A stretch of DNA of 57,934 bases, the filler included, from Dirinaria sp. TL-2023a (lineage: Eukaryota), in NCBI GenBank assembly GCA_051941275.1. It is 2 parts of 2 records of this genome, joined end to end, with 100 filler letters (N's around TTAATTAATTAA, not from the genome) between each part and the next. Parts side by side here need not be neighbours in the genome. Positions count along the whole stretch, not along the records: positions 29,028 to 57,934 come from JAVEBF010000122.1; 1 more part is not named here. One strand, 5' to 3'. The notes under the pieces were generated by a model. The model was not told where the DNA came from. It saw only the letters and a list, made by a program, of their open reading frames with translations, and ran no database searches. Of the stretch, positions 46,250 through 57,934 are shown piece after piece (the first letter of the stretch is position 1; each line of letters starts with the position of its first letter). The position numbers and the translations under genes are program-made.

Positions 46250-47595
46250 ATGAAGCTCACTTTCAAGGACCTCAAGCAACAGAAGTTCACTATCGAAGCC
46301 GAGCCTTCGGAGACTGTGGGAGCAGTGAAGGAGAAGATATCGCAGGAAAAAGGATGGGAGGCGAGCCAGCAGAAGCTGATTTACTCGGGCAAGATCCTGC
46401 AAGATGCAAACACTGTCGAGTCGTACAACATTGAGGAGAAGGGTTTCATAGTCTGCATGGTATCAAAGGTAAAATCTGTGCCGTCGATTCTACACGACAG
46501 AGAAACTGATCAAACCGACAGCCCAAAGCTGCACCAGCCACCAGCTCAGCGACATCGTCCACAAAAGCCCCATCGACGCCCGCCCCTGCCACTACGCAAA
46601 CACCTGCTCCTCCAGCTGCCCCAGTCCCAGCGTCAAGTACAGCGACAGATGCACCAGCTACTCCATCACCGGCGCCAGCTGCGGGAGGAGCGACGACCGA
46701 GGGACGGGATTTCAATGATCCTTCAGCCCTTGCTCTCGGTGCACAGCGCGACGCCGCGATCACAAATATGGAGAGCATGGGATTCCCACGAGCGGAAATT
46801 GATCGTGCAATGAGAGCCGCATTCTTCAACCCGGACCGCGCCGTCGAATACTTGCTCACCGGCATTCCCGAAAATGTCCAACAGGAACAACAGCGTGGCA
46901 CCCCACGAGCTCCCACTGCAGCTGCGACATCCCCACCACCTCAGACCACCGCGGCCACTGCGCCCGCCGACCCCTCCGCGGAAAGCGATCAGCCCATCAA
47001 CCTCTTCGAAGCGGCGGCCCAAGCCAACCAGCGCTCGGGCACAGGCGGCGTTGCCCGTTCCGGACGAGGATTGGCTGAAGCGGCCCGCTCGCTCAACGCC
47101 GCTCCGGGCGCGGGTCAGGAAGCGGCAGGCCAGACGGGCAACCTCGATTTCTTGCGCTCGAACCCCCAGTTCCAGCAACTGCGACAGATCGTGCAGACGC
47201 AGCCGCGGATGCTGGAGCCAATATTGCAGCAGGTGGGAGCAGGGAACCCGCAGCTGGCACAGCTGATCGGGCAGAACCCCGATCAGTTCTTGCAGCTGTT
47301 GGCGGAGGATACGGAAGGTGATGTGCCGCTGCCGCCGGGAGCGCAGGAGATTCCGGTGACGGAGGAAGAGAGGGCAGCTATAGAGCGGGTGAGTTCCCTA
47401 CTTTTTGCCCTTTTCTCTCCCAAGTCACACGCAGTGATTGGATCGGGACTAATCGTTCACGCTTGTAAAAAATAGCTATGTCTTCTAGGCTTCGAACGCG
47501 ATCTCGTCGTCCAGGCCTACTTCGCCTGTGACAAGAACGAGGAGCTGGCGGCGAATTTCCTCTTCGACCAGCCGGACGAGGGGGATGAGTCCTAG
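46250..47595 (+). CDS. RAD23: UV excision repair / ubiquitin receptor Rad23; 3 exons
   Basis: UBL ([13 protein letters not shown]...[11 protein letters not shown]), UBA1 ([23 protein letters not shown]), XPC-binding domain, UBA2 ([18 protein letters not shown]). Confidence 0.96.
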
Positions 47596-47975
47596 ATTTC
47601 TATTTTCTTTTGGGCAATGCATTCATATATGTATTTACGAGCGAACATGAATTACCCTGGGCAAAGAAGCGATACTGGACTCTGCTTCCGTAGTAATGAT
47701 TAAGTAGCTAAGAACGTAACTCCCCTATCACTGGCCTGATTCAGAAGAGCCTTGTGACCTTCGATTTTTCAGGCTCATAGCATGTCTCATGTAGAGAACC
47801 AAAGGGAGAAAGCCTGTATGATTATGACTGTTAAATGCGATTCCATGAAGCCTAATTCTACGTTTGATACGCAAAAGGCCCCTGCCAAAAAAAAGCCTTC
47901 GAATACAAATTATGAATGAAGTTTTCTATACGCTCGAAGCAACCAGTAGGCCCTGATCTGATAGCCTGCTGCTTC

Positions 47976-49716
47976 TTATCCCCGATTATCCATCGAGGTG
48001 GGACTGGAACCCGCCCCCAGTGCATCCAAACAGTTTCTCCTGACTATCCAGATCGCCAAACCTCTTCTGGAGAAAACTCTCCTCAACTCCGCCATAACGC
48101 CCTTTCCGCCAATGTCCAAATCGTCGAGATTCACATGCTCGGAAGAAACCCATATTGGTTCCTTATACATCCGTCCATTCCCATGCCGGAGTTCCCAATC
48201 ATCGAGCTCCAGACTCGAACGTGGCGCAACCAGCGCAAGAGTCGGGGTTGTCGAGTTCGGATCACATCCTACGGATTTGGATTCCACCAGCTGAAACATT
48301 TGGGAGTAGTCCATGCCCATCAGATCCGTCGTAGTAATGTTGGCGCCCCCGAGTAGCCACACAGGCGGGCTGTATGTACGCCACCAAACGACTTCGGTCA
48401 ACCCCAGGGACTGATGATGCTCTCCAAGCCAAATCTGCGCCGGGATAACGCCGCCTTGGTGGTAACGGCCCATGAGAACTCCCATAACAATGTTGAAAAA
48501 AATCCATGCGTATATGAAACTACTGTACAGAGAGCGATTCCTGGGGAGCTGGACCGAGGAGAGGATGAGGGGCACTGCGGGAATTAAAAACCGTGGCTCT
48601 TGGTGGGGTATGAATGAGAGGAAGATAATTCCTGAGAGCGCCGAGATGTACGGAAGAGAAGAGAACCGTGGGCGGGCGACAAACAATAGCAGTGCTGGCC
48701 CGAGTAGCAGCGGGAGTGATGCGACCAAATGTTGGTATGGCGGATGCAGGCCGTGCAAAGACAGATTTGCCCTGGAGCTGTTATACAGGATAGAATTGAA
48801 TGGAGTGATGGTAGGCTTTCTGAGGAGTGCGAATGTCAATACTGCTCCTGGATGGTAGAACGATGTGTCGACCGCAATTGCCACGAAGGACGTCGCTGCC
48901 GCAGTCGATACGAGTGCCAACATTGAAAACGGTTTGCGGGAAAAGTGAGGTAGCAGGAAGCAGCCTGGAACCAGCATGAAAGCTGGGAAGGTAATGCGAT
49001 TGAAAATTCCCGCCGTCACGAGAATGCCTAGTATGGCAGACGATACGGTATTGGATCGGTGGCTGTTATCCAGGATTCGCTGTATCATCACAAGACTCCA
49101 TGCCACTATCAAGGTCTCTATCGCGTTCGAGAAGGTGTGCGTCTGGTAGGTGCACGTAACGTAAGATGCGGCAACAAACATCACGGCTCTCTGTCTTTGC
49201 CTTGGAGATGGTACCAGCTCATGTATCGCCCAATCCTCGAGGACGAAGCTCAGCAGGAACATCAAAACCCGTAGAGTGTAGAAGATGACCTTGGGCGAAA
49301 CCGCCTCCTTTCCGGTCTCGGTCCACACCCACCGCAGCAGGACCATTGGTAATCCGTAAACAATCCATAGCGGGAAAAAGCTCCGTACAGGATTTTCGGT
49401 GTTGAATTCCCAGGTTTGAAGGTGAGTATACCCAAAGAGCTTGCCTGTGTCAAAGGATATTGGTCAGCCTCAGATCTCAGATCGGCCTCTATTTTAGACT
49501 CATGCATGACTTGCAGCTGGCTCTACTGTCTGCACACCGTCCGCGCCTCAATCTCGGACGAGGAAGAGTGAGGGGAGGGGGGGAAATTATCCATCCGTAC
49601 ATACCTGCGACAATCTCCGGCCCTTGGAAGTTCTCATCAGGATGGATGTAGCTAGGCGAAACGGCTAAGAAGAGCCTGAGCAAGAATAGTATTAAGAGAT
49701 ATACGCGTCTCGCCAT
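47976..49716 (-). CDS. SMP3: GPI mannosyltransferase 4 (Smp3/PIG-Z, GT22); intron 49445-49604
   Basis: [62 protein letters not shown]; multiple TM helices. Confidence 0.92.
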
Positions 49717-50848
49717 CCTGTACCGGCCGAAGTGAGAACGCCCGCCAAAGGATTGCTACCTATAAATGAACATCTAGCATTGAAAATCTCCGACAAAACC
49801 ATTTGAGAAAACGAAACCCTGCTTGATGCGTTCATGCTGGGAAATGAAAGATTCAATGGCAAGGTCTAAGGTACACCTGGAGATCTGGAGTGGGATGATC
49901 CTGGCAGGCACGACTTCTGCAATTGCTTTATTTTCAGCTACCTTACACCTTGGCATCCAAACATGAAGCGACTAAAACCAGCATTTTTTTACAATCTCTC
50001 AAGCGTTGTCAGAGAGCCTAACATCTCGGGTCATGCATAGATACAACGGCTTTTCACAGGGGATCGATATTAATGCTTGTGAAGAATGAGCAGCGACAGC
50101 ATCATTGTACTTATTCCCCTGGCCCCTCTCCTTCCTTCCCCCCCTTTTACCAACCAGTAGAAAGCTCTGTACATATACATAGCCTTTCAGCCACCTAGCT
50201 AAAAGAGCTCAAGGACCGGAGCAGCAGTAAGGTAGAGATGGTGGTTGCATCAATCGGGGAATTGCAGCCGGCCATAGCTGATTGGGGCTGGTGATGTAGC
50301 TGTTTGGGATATACAAGGAATGAACAAAGCAGTTGGTGTCGAATTGCCAGATCTGATGCTGTCATTCTTTGTTGAGACCTATTCTCTTGAAGTTGATGAG
50401 TAATACTACAGTACAGTAATGATTGATGATTAAGACCAAGACATTGTGTGGCCTCACTTTCCCAACGTTCTGCTGTGTTGTGTGTTTGTGCTGTAGCTGT
50501 AAGGTACTGTTGAGAGCATCCATCACAAACTTACCCGCTTGTGGTTTAACGTAGCCACAAGCTCTCTGACTATGATTGGCGGGCGCCATCAGTGCTGATC
50601 GCCTTTGTGTTCCTTACCTCATGTACCTTACCTTATAATTCTCGCATTTCACTTCTTCACTTAAAACAGTCAGGAACATCTCGCTGCCTGCATCCATAAA
50701 ATCCTCTCTTGCGACCACTCACTTCTATCTTCCTTCAAACCACAACTGCTTTACATCGAAAGATCATACGCACTGAAACATCAATAAGAACCATTCTATC
50801 CTCGTTCTATTCTCTACACACTGAACACTCTAAGTACCATTCGTCAAA

Positions 50849-51562
50849 ATGTCCTCTACTCAGATGATCAAGCTTGAGAGCTCCGACCATGCTGAAATCA
50901 CTGTCGGTAAGCTCTACTGGCACTTCCTCCATCACAGTATCTTGGCTAATTCTACATCAGAGCGTGAGGTTGCTGAGCGTTCAGTCCTCATCAAGAATAT
51001 GGTTGAGGATCTTGGCGATCAGCCTTTGACTGACCCTATCCCGATTCCCAATGTATGTACAGTGCATGTATATTCGCCGCCGCGAAACTAGCTGATGTTG
51101 TTTGTAGGTCAATGAGGCTGTGTTGACCAAAGTCATCGAGTGGTGCAAGCACCACAAGTCGGACCCGCCTGCCAGCAACGATGACGACTCCGACTCGCGA
51201 AAGAAGACTACCGATATCGATGAGTGGGACCAGAAGTTCATGCAGGTTGATCAAGAGATGCTCTTCGAGATCATTTTAGTAAACAACCCCATACTACCTA
51301 CAGCCTTATTGGACTTTGACTAACCTTGGCTTCAGGCTGCCAACTACCTCGATATCAAGCCCCTTCTCGATGTTGGATGCAAGACTGTGGCGAACATGAT
51401 CAAGGGCAAGTCTCCAGAAGAGATCCGTAAGACGTTCAACATCCAGAACGACTTCACGCCGGAGGAAGAGGATCAGATCCGCCGCGAGAATGAATGGGCT
51501 GAGGAGTAAGTCACTTGAAACCTAGAGTATGGGTCAACTTCTAATCCTTTCGCAGCCGTTAA
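50849..51562 (+). CDS. SKP1: SCF E3 ligase adaptor Skp1 (SconC/Scon-3); 5 exons
   Basis: IKLESSD...[81 protein letters not shown]...[10 protein letters not shown]. Confidence 0.97.
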
Positions 51563-52095
51563 AACGACCCATCAAGCTTTTCAGGTCGCTACTCCTACAG
51601 TTGCAAGATCCTGGGGATAGCTACGGCCTTTCCCTTCGCTGGACATTGCATGCGTGGTCAATGGTCATGGAAGAGCCTGGAGTTTACATGGATATCGGGC
51701 GGGTAGTGTTTTACTCTTTGCATGTATTGTGGCGGATACTCCGCCTATGCTCTTGAGCTGTCCCTTATGGAAATGCTTTTGTGAGGGCTTCTTTCCTATT
51801 GGGTCGTGCGTGCTAGGTGGTCTCATTGACCTACGGGTAGACATCCCATCACATCGGAAGAAATATTGCTCAAAAGTTGGCACTGCCATTTCCAAGCCTG
51901 TCCCTCCTTTGGCTCTGCACTGTCACTGAAACCATTGAGTGGAAGGGATAGTATGTTTAATTCCAAGTGATTGATGGTAGCATGTATTTTCACAGCATCA
52001 GCTCAGCTCAGGTCCGGCATCCCCCTTTGACCACCATACGGCTACCGCAGTTCATTCGACTCCCACCTCCTGCACCAATCCTCCAGCATGCACCA

Positions 52096-52401
52096 CTAGA
52101 TACCGATACGGGTCTTGCGCCAGTGTCGTCGCTTGGCGTTGTACCTAGGATCCGAATCAGCCTCTCATTTCACTCCCACAACATAGTGCTTTATTTCCAG
52201 CCTGAATGGCTCGATCGTTTCCAGAGAACACACATACCGGATAGTGTTGCCAGTGCGTAGTCGGATCCATTGCGGGATCGGTCGGTTCTGCTTCTGTGCT
52301 TTGGCGAGCTTCTGCTTTGTGCGGAAGGATTTGTGGGACTGGGCGGGCAGTGAGTAATTCTGCTGGTACCATATTGCTGCTGGGTAAGATCATACCGGCA
52401 T
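52096..52401 (-). CDS. RPL39: 60S ribosomal protein L39 (eL39); exons 52401-52396, 52338-52238, 52144-52096
   Basis: Splicing two GT-AG introns gives the 51-aa [51 protein letters not shown]. Confidence 0.97.
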
Positions 52402-53233
52402 TTTGATGGGTGCACAGAGGCGCTTTCGCTTGTACGTGTGGGTTGTCGAGCAGTTGGTGATGTTTGGTGATTTTTGATCTCTGGTCTACCTTAGGGTATG
52501 TGGGCGCGCTCGGGTATTGCCGCTAGTGCCAAGAGTCACGTGCACAGCAAATATGTACCTTATCTTGTAGGCTGGCCATCTTCTGTACCTACATGTATTA
52601 CCTTCGGCATCATCAATCTACTACATTCATGGTCTCCTTATTGATTTCATGACATCGCTGGCAAACTCATCTTCGTACTTCAGGTAATGCGAGCATACGA
52701 AAACTGTGGTACATCGGTAGATTTTGGCCTCTGGAGTACAATAATACCATAGTTGAATCACACTTACGATAGAGCGGCTTCAGCGTTTCATTTACTCCTC
52801 TGGGGATAGTTTACGATGTGCCATGACTGGTTGATGTAAGCACCGAGCGGTCAGTCTGCAATGGGTGCATCTTTGGAGTATGTCCTCGAGAACAATCATA
52901 CTCGCACGAGATTAATAGGTCAAAGTAGCAAAGCGTGAGTCAAAACAAGCCAGCGAGCCTTACTCTTAATTACTCTCTCTGTACTGGGTAAGAGTCATAC
53001 AATCATGCCACCAATTTAGATCGCACAAACCTGCGGGTAGCGGGACTGAAGGAGAGAGAGGAGTCATCTGGGGTAGGCTGAGTAGGAGCGTAAAGTAAAG
53101 TACCTACCTTACCTCAGTAAGGTCAGTAGCCCTCGCCAAGTGTCAGCGAATGATGCTGCCTAAAGATTTTTTTCACACCGAAACAGCTGGTGCCACCCTC
53201 GCACCCTCTCATCAGACGCGGAAGTACTAGCAG

Positions 53234-53277
53234 CCAATAATGGGCCGCGGTCCAGTTGAAGTCCGCCCGGAGATTGG
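53234..53277. promoter_or_regulatory. CGG-N12-CCG zinc-cluster (AtrR-type) site flanked by inverted CCAAT boxes
   Basis: CCAAT 53234-53238, CGG 53248-53250, 12-nt spacer, CCG 53263-53265, ATTGG 53273-53277; about 410 bp upstream of the ABC transporter ATG. Confidence 0.35.
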
Positions 53278-53677
53278 CCTTGCCGAATGAATCGTACCGA
53301 GCCTACGTGCAAGTGCATGCTATCTACCTAGTACGTACAGTGCAGTACATATGCTTACCTACATCGAAACTCCGATCTCCATTATGACATCGGCATGTTG
53401 TTGCAGCAATCATTCCTCTACTTGGCTGCCTGGCGCTTCGATTCTCTGTCACAAGCACTGTAGTTCCTCTATAGGTCCTATAAACTGTCGTTCACTTCCG
53501 TCTTTCAATGCGTCCGTAATCTCTACCCCCAAATCCGTGTACATTTTACACCTGCATATCCTTCTTGACGCCTTTGCACTGCACTCTCTCTCTCACACAA
53601 AGCTAGCAGACCCGCTCCTAGTCCATGATCCTCGACGACGCTGCCAGAGGCCTCCTTAATCATAGCAACTGTCCGCC

Positions 53678-56600
53678 ATGGACAGCACCGCAGGTGACCT
53701 CACCCACGCGGCGCAGGAGGTGGAGAAAAGCACAGTTAAGCAGACGTCACAAGAAAATGGCGACGAGAGATCATCAGAAAACGGACTAGTGGGTGAAGAA
53801 AAGGACCCGGACATTTCCTCATCCCACTCCTCCTCGCAAGACGACCCAAGTCTGCAAAAGGCCGACTCGAGAATCATCAAAGTTGATGAGGTCAAGGAAG
53901 GCGAGGAGGCATTTGCACACCTGCCGCCGAACGAGAGGGAGATTGTAAAGAGACAGCTAGACATTCCACCGGTAACGATCACTTACAGGACGTTGTACCG
54001 GTATGCGACGAGGAACGATTTGATCATTGTGGTCATCAGCGCCATTTGTGCAATTGCAGGGGGAGCAGTCATGCCTCTGATGACGGTATGTGCGAAGGCC
54101 TAAGAAACTTCAGTTACCTGCGTATTGACTGCAGGCAAGGTAATATTCGGCTCATTGTCCGGCTCCTTCCAAGGTTTCACCCTAGGGACGTCGTCCTCGC
54201 ATGAACTCAACCACAAGATATCGCACATGACTCTATACTTCATCTACCTTGCCGTCGGCGAATTCATAACTATCTATATCAGCACCGTTGGCTTTATCTA
54301 TACCGGAGAACACATCACTCAGAAGATCCGAGAAGAGTATCTCGCGGCCATACTGCGCCAAAATATCGGCTTCTTCGACAAATTGGGCGCTGGCGAGATA
54401 ACAACAAGGATTACTGCAGACACAAACCTCGTTCAAGATGGATTATCAGAGAAGATTGGTCTGTCGCTGACTGCTATAGCGACTTTTGTCACTGCATTCA
54501 TCGTTGCTTTCATCAAGTATTGGAAGCTGACACTGATACTATCCTCGACTGTCTTTGCCATCGTATTCACGATGGGAGCAGGCTCGAGCTTTATCGTCAA
54601 GTACAACAAGCAGTCGCTAGAGTCCTACGCTCTGGGTGGTACAGTTGCTGAAGAGGTCATTAGCTCAATTCGAAACGCTATAGCTTTCGGCACCCAGGAT
54701 AGACTCGCCAAACAGTACGACTCGCACCTGAAGGAGGCCGAGAAGTGGGGTCTTAAGCTTAAGGTTGTCCTAGCATGTATGATTGCTTGCATGATGGGTA
54801 TCGTCTATCTCAACTATGGTCTTTCTTTCTGGCAGGGATCTCGGTATCTTGTCTCTGGCCAAATGTCGCTCGCGGATATCTTAACCATCATGCTTTCGAT
54901 AATGATTGGTGCATTCTCACTGGGCAATGTTGCGCCGAATATTCAGGCTTTCACTACTAGCGTTGCAGCAGCCAGCAAGATCTACAGTACGATCGACAGG
55001 GTCTCACCTTTGGATCCAATGATTGATAGTGGCGAGAAGCTGGAGCATGTGGAGGGTACCGTGGAGCTGAGGAATATCAAGCACATCTATCCCTCAAGGG
55101 CCGAGGTTGTGGTCATGAAGGACGTCAATTTGATGGTGCCAGCCGGGAAGACAACTGCTCTGGTCGGCGCTTCAGGGAGTGGAAAGAGTACGATTGTTGG
55201 GCTGGTTGAACGATTCTATGACCCGGTTGGCGGCAACGTATATTTAGATGGGCACGATGTGTCCACGTTGAACCTTCGGTGGCTGCGGCACCAGATTTCG
55301 CTCGTTAGCCAGGAGCCGACGCTCTTCAGTACGACTATATATGGCAATATTCAGCACGGACTGATTGGCACGAAGTATGAAAACCTTCCCGCCGAGGAAC
55401 AGAAAAAGTTAATCGAAAACGCTGCTAAAATGGCTAACGCTCACGACTTTGTGTCCGGTCTGCCAGAGGGCTATGAGACGAATGTTGGAGCACGCGGTTT
55501 CCTGCTCTCAGGCGGGCAAAAACAGCGGATTGCAATTGCAAGAGCCATGGTCAGCGATCCCAAGATTCTGCTCCTTGACGAAGCCACGTCTGCCTTGGAC
55601 ACGAAATCCGAAGGTGTGGTCCAAGCTGCACTTGATGTCGCTGCTCAAGGGCGGACTACCATCGTCATCGCTCACCGCCTTTCAACTATCAAAACTGCGG
55701 ACAATATCGTAGTCATGTCAGAAGGGCGGATCGTTGAGCAAGGAACTCACGATGAATTGCTGGAGAAGAAAACTGCGTACTTCAACCTAGTGGAGGCGCA
55801 GCGAATATCAGCCGAGAAAGAAGAGCGTGACGCAGAGAAGAATGCGGGACTTGACGAGGCTGAAGCACAGCTTGAGAAAACAATTTCTTCACAGCAAAGC
55901 AATCTTTATGAAGGGGATCCAGACGACGAGAAAGTACGCAACAACTTGGATCGCACCAGCACTCGGAAATCTGCATCCAGCGTAGCGATACAGAATAACA
56001 AGCGAAACCAGGCGGGATCCAAGTACTCGCTGTGGACTCTAATTAAGGTGGTTGGGAGCTTTAACAAGCCGGAAGCCTTGTTGATGCTCTTCGGGCTATT
56101 CTGGTCTATAATCGCCGGCGGCGGGAACCCCACTCAGTCTGTACTGTTCGCGAAGTCGATTGTGGCGCTATCCTTGCCACCTAGCATGTATGGCAAACTT
56201 AGGCATGACGCCGATTTCTGGTCTCTCATGTACCTGATGCTGGCTATCACGCAAATCATTGCTTTCGTAGGCCAAGGAGTGGCGTTCGCCTACTGCTCTG
56301 AGCGCTTAATACACCGTGCTCGCGATCGGGCGTTTCGCACGATGCTTCGTCAAGACATAACCTTCTTCGATAAGGACGAAAACTCCGCAGGTGCTTTAAC
56401 TTCGTTTCTATCAACCGAGACAACTCATTTGGCAGGTATGAGCGGCACAACTCTTGGTACCATCATCGTGGTCTGTACTACCCTGATAGCTGCCATCTCC
56501 GTGTCCTGCGGTATAGGCTGGAAGCTTGCTCTCGTCTGCACGGCTACGATACCTATTCTACTCGCATGTGGGTTTTACCGCTTCTGGATGCTTGCCGCCT

Positions 56601-57875
56601 TCCAAGCGCGAGCCAAAAAGGCCTACGAAGATTCCGCCAGCTATGCATGCGAAGCCACAGCTGCGATCCGGACTGTGGCTTCTTTGACCCGCGAAGAGGA
56701 TGTGTGGGAGCATTATCATCAGTCACTAGTCGCCCAGGGACAAAGAAGCTTACGATCTGTCCTTAAATCGTCCCTTCTCTACGCATCTTCTCAGTCTTTT
56801 GTATTCCTTTGCATTGCTCTCGGCTTCTGGTACGGAGGTACGCTCATCGGCAGCAGGGAGTATAGTATGTTCCAATTCTTCGTCTGTTTCTCCGCTATTA
56901 TTTTCGGAGCACAGGCGGCAGGAACGATCTTCTCTTTCGCGCCAGATATGGGCAAGGCCAAGCAAGCAGCTCATGAGCTCAAGACCTTATTTGACCGCAA
57001 GCCTGAAATTGATACATGGTCACAGGATGGCGAACGAGTCGAACATGTGGAGGGCAACATCGAGTTCCGTGATGTGCACTTCAGATACCCTACCAGGCCC
57101 GAACAGCCTGTGCTTCGAGGGCTTAACCTCACTGTCAAGCCTGGGCAATATGTTGCTTTAGTCGGCGCTAGCGGATGTGGCAAATCGACAACAGTGGCCC
57201 TACTCGAGCGGTTCTACGACCCTCTCGTTGGCGGCGTTTTTGTCGACGGCAGAGATATATCTTCTTTGAACATCAACGACTACCGCAGCTTCCTGGCTCT
57301 GGTCAGCCAAGAACCCACCCTTTACCAGGGTTCAATCAGAGAAAACATATTGCTGGGCTCTGCCAGGGATAATGTGCCTGAGGAGGCGATAATACGGGCC
57401 TGCAAGGACGCAAACATCTATGATTTCGTCATGTCCTTGCCGTGAGTTATTTCCCGACCCCCCTCGTCCCAAAAAGCAAAATCCTTGTAGGAATCACAGA
57501 GCTTACAAGTCCTACAGTGACAGCTTCTCTACCATTGTCGGCTCAAAAGGCAGCATGCTTTCAGGAGGGCAAAAACAACGCATAGCCATCGCACGGGCTC
57601 TTCTCCGTGATCCCAAAGTTTTACTTCTTGACGAAGCAACCTCGGCGTTAGACAGTGAATCCGAGAAAGTGGTCCAAGCGGCCCTGGACGCGGCTGCGCA
57701 GGGCCGCACCACGATCGCGGTGGCGCATCGGTTGAGCACCATCCAAAAGGCGGATATGATTTATGTATTTGATGAGGGCCGTATCGTAGAGCACGGGACT
57801 CATACAGAACTTTTGCGAGTTCGAGGGAAGTATTTCGAGCTTGTGAATCTGCAGAGTCTGGGGAAGATGCATTGA
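53678..57875 (+). CDS. Full-length ABCB/MDR1 (P-glycoprotein; AtrD/Mdr1-like) efflux transporter; introns 54086-54139 and 57442-57517
   Basis: TMD-NBD-TMD-NBD; Walker [10 protein letters not shown] and GASGCGKST; signature LSGGQKQR twice; [11 protein letters not shown] twice. Confidence 0.96.
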
Positions 57876-57887
57876 AGGAAATTCGGT

Positions 57888-57932
57888 GGTTTTTTTTTCT
57901 TTTCTTTTTTTTTTTTTTTTTTGTTTTTTTTT
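57888..57932. repeat. T-rich homopolymeric tract just after the ABC transporter stop codon
   Basis: Near-continuous T run to the window end. Confidence 0.85.
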
Positions 57933-57934
57933 GG

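Noticed and set aside
49445..49604. Intronic snoRNA in the unusually long (160-nt) SMP3 intron
   Set aside because: Only a short CGTCCG/CGGACG hairpin; no convincing C/D or H/ACA box arrangement.

Overview
Genomic DNA of a filamentous ascomycete (Pezizomycotina; short GT-AG introns with CTRAC branch sites; a lichen-forming lineage is plausible but not proven). The window has two compartments. (1) About 1-16.7 kb is gene-poor and degenerate. Its one long intact ORF is an N-terminally truncated NACHT/NLR-like ankyrin protein. The rest is pseudogene and repeat fragments: a SNF2-family helicase relic, possible pogo/Fot1 DDE and amidoligase relics, and a fossil Pro-rich repeat. Parts carry a non-canonical RIP-like signature in which CC/GG is almost absent while CG and CA/TG survive. 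(2) About 17-57.9 kb is gene-dense core genome: a small secreted Cys-rich protein, divergent RRP3/SSF1, a 998-aa unknown, EMC1, an assembly gap with an artificial linker, CBF5, a 3xCBM18-CE4 chitin deacetylase, CaMKK, BET5, TIF6, a membrane protein, a thaumatin-like protein with QTPV repeats, RAD23, SMP3, SKP1, RPL39 (missed by the ORF track) and an ABCB/MDR1 transporter. A TACCTTA/TAAGGTA motif recurs in most core intergenic regions. All identifications come from motif recognition by eye; no searches were run.
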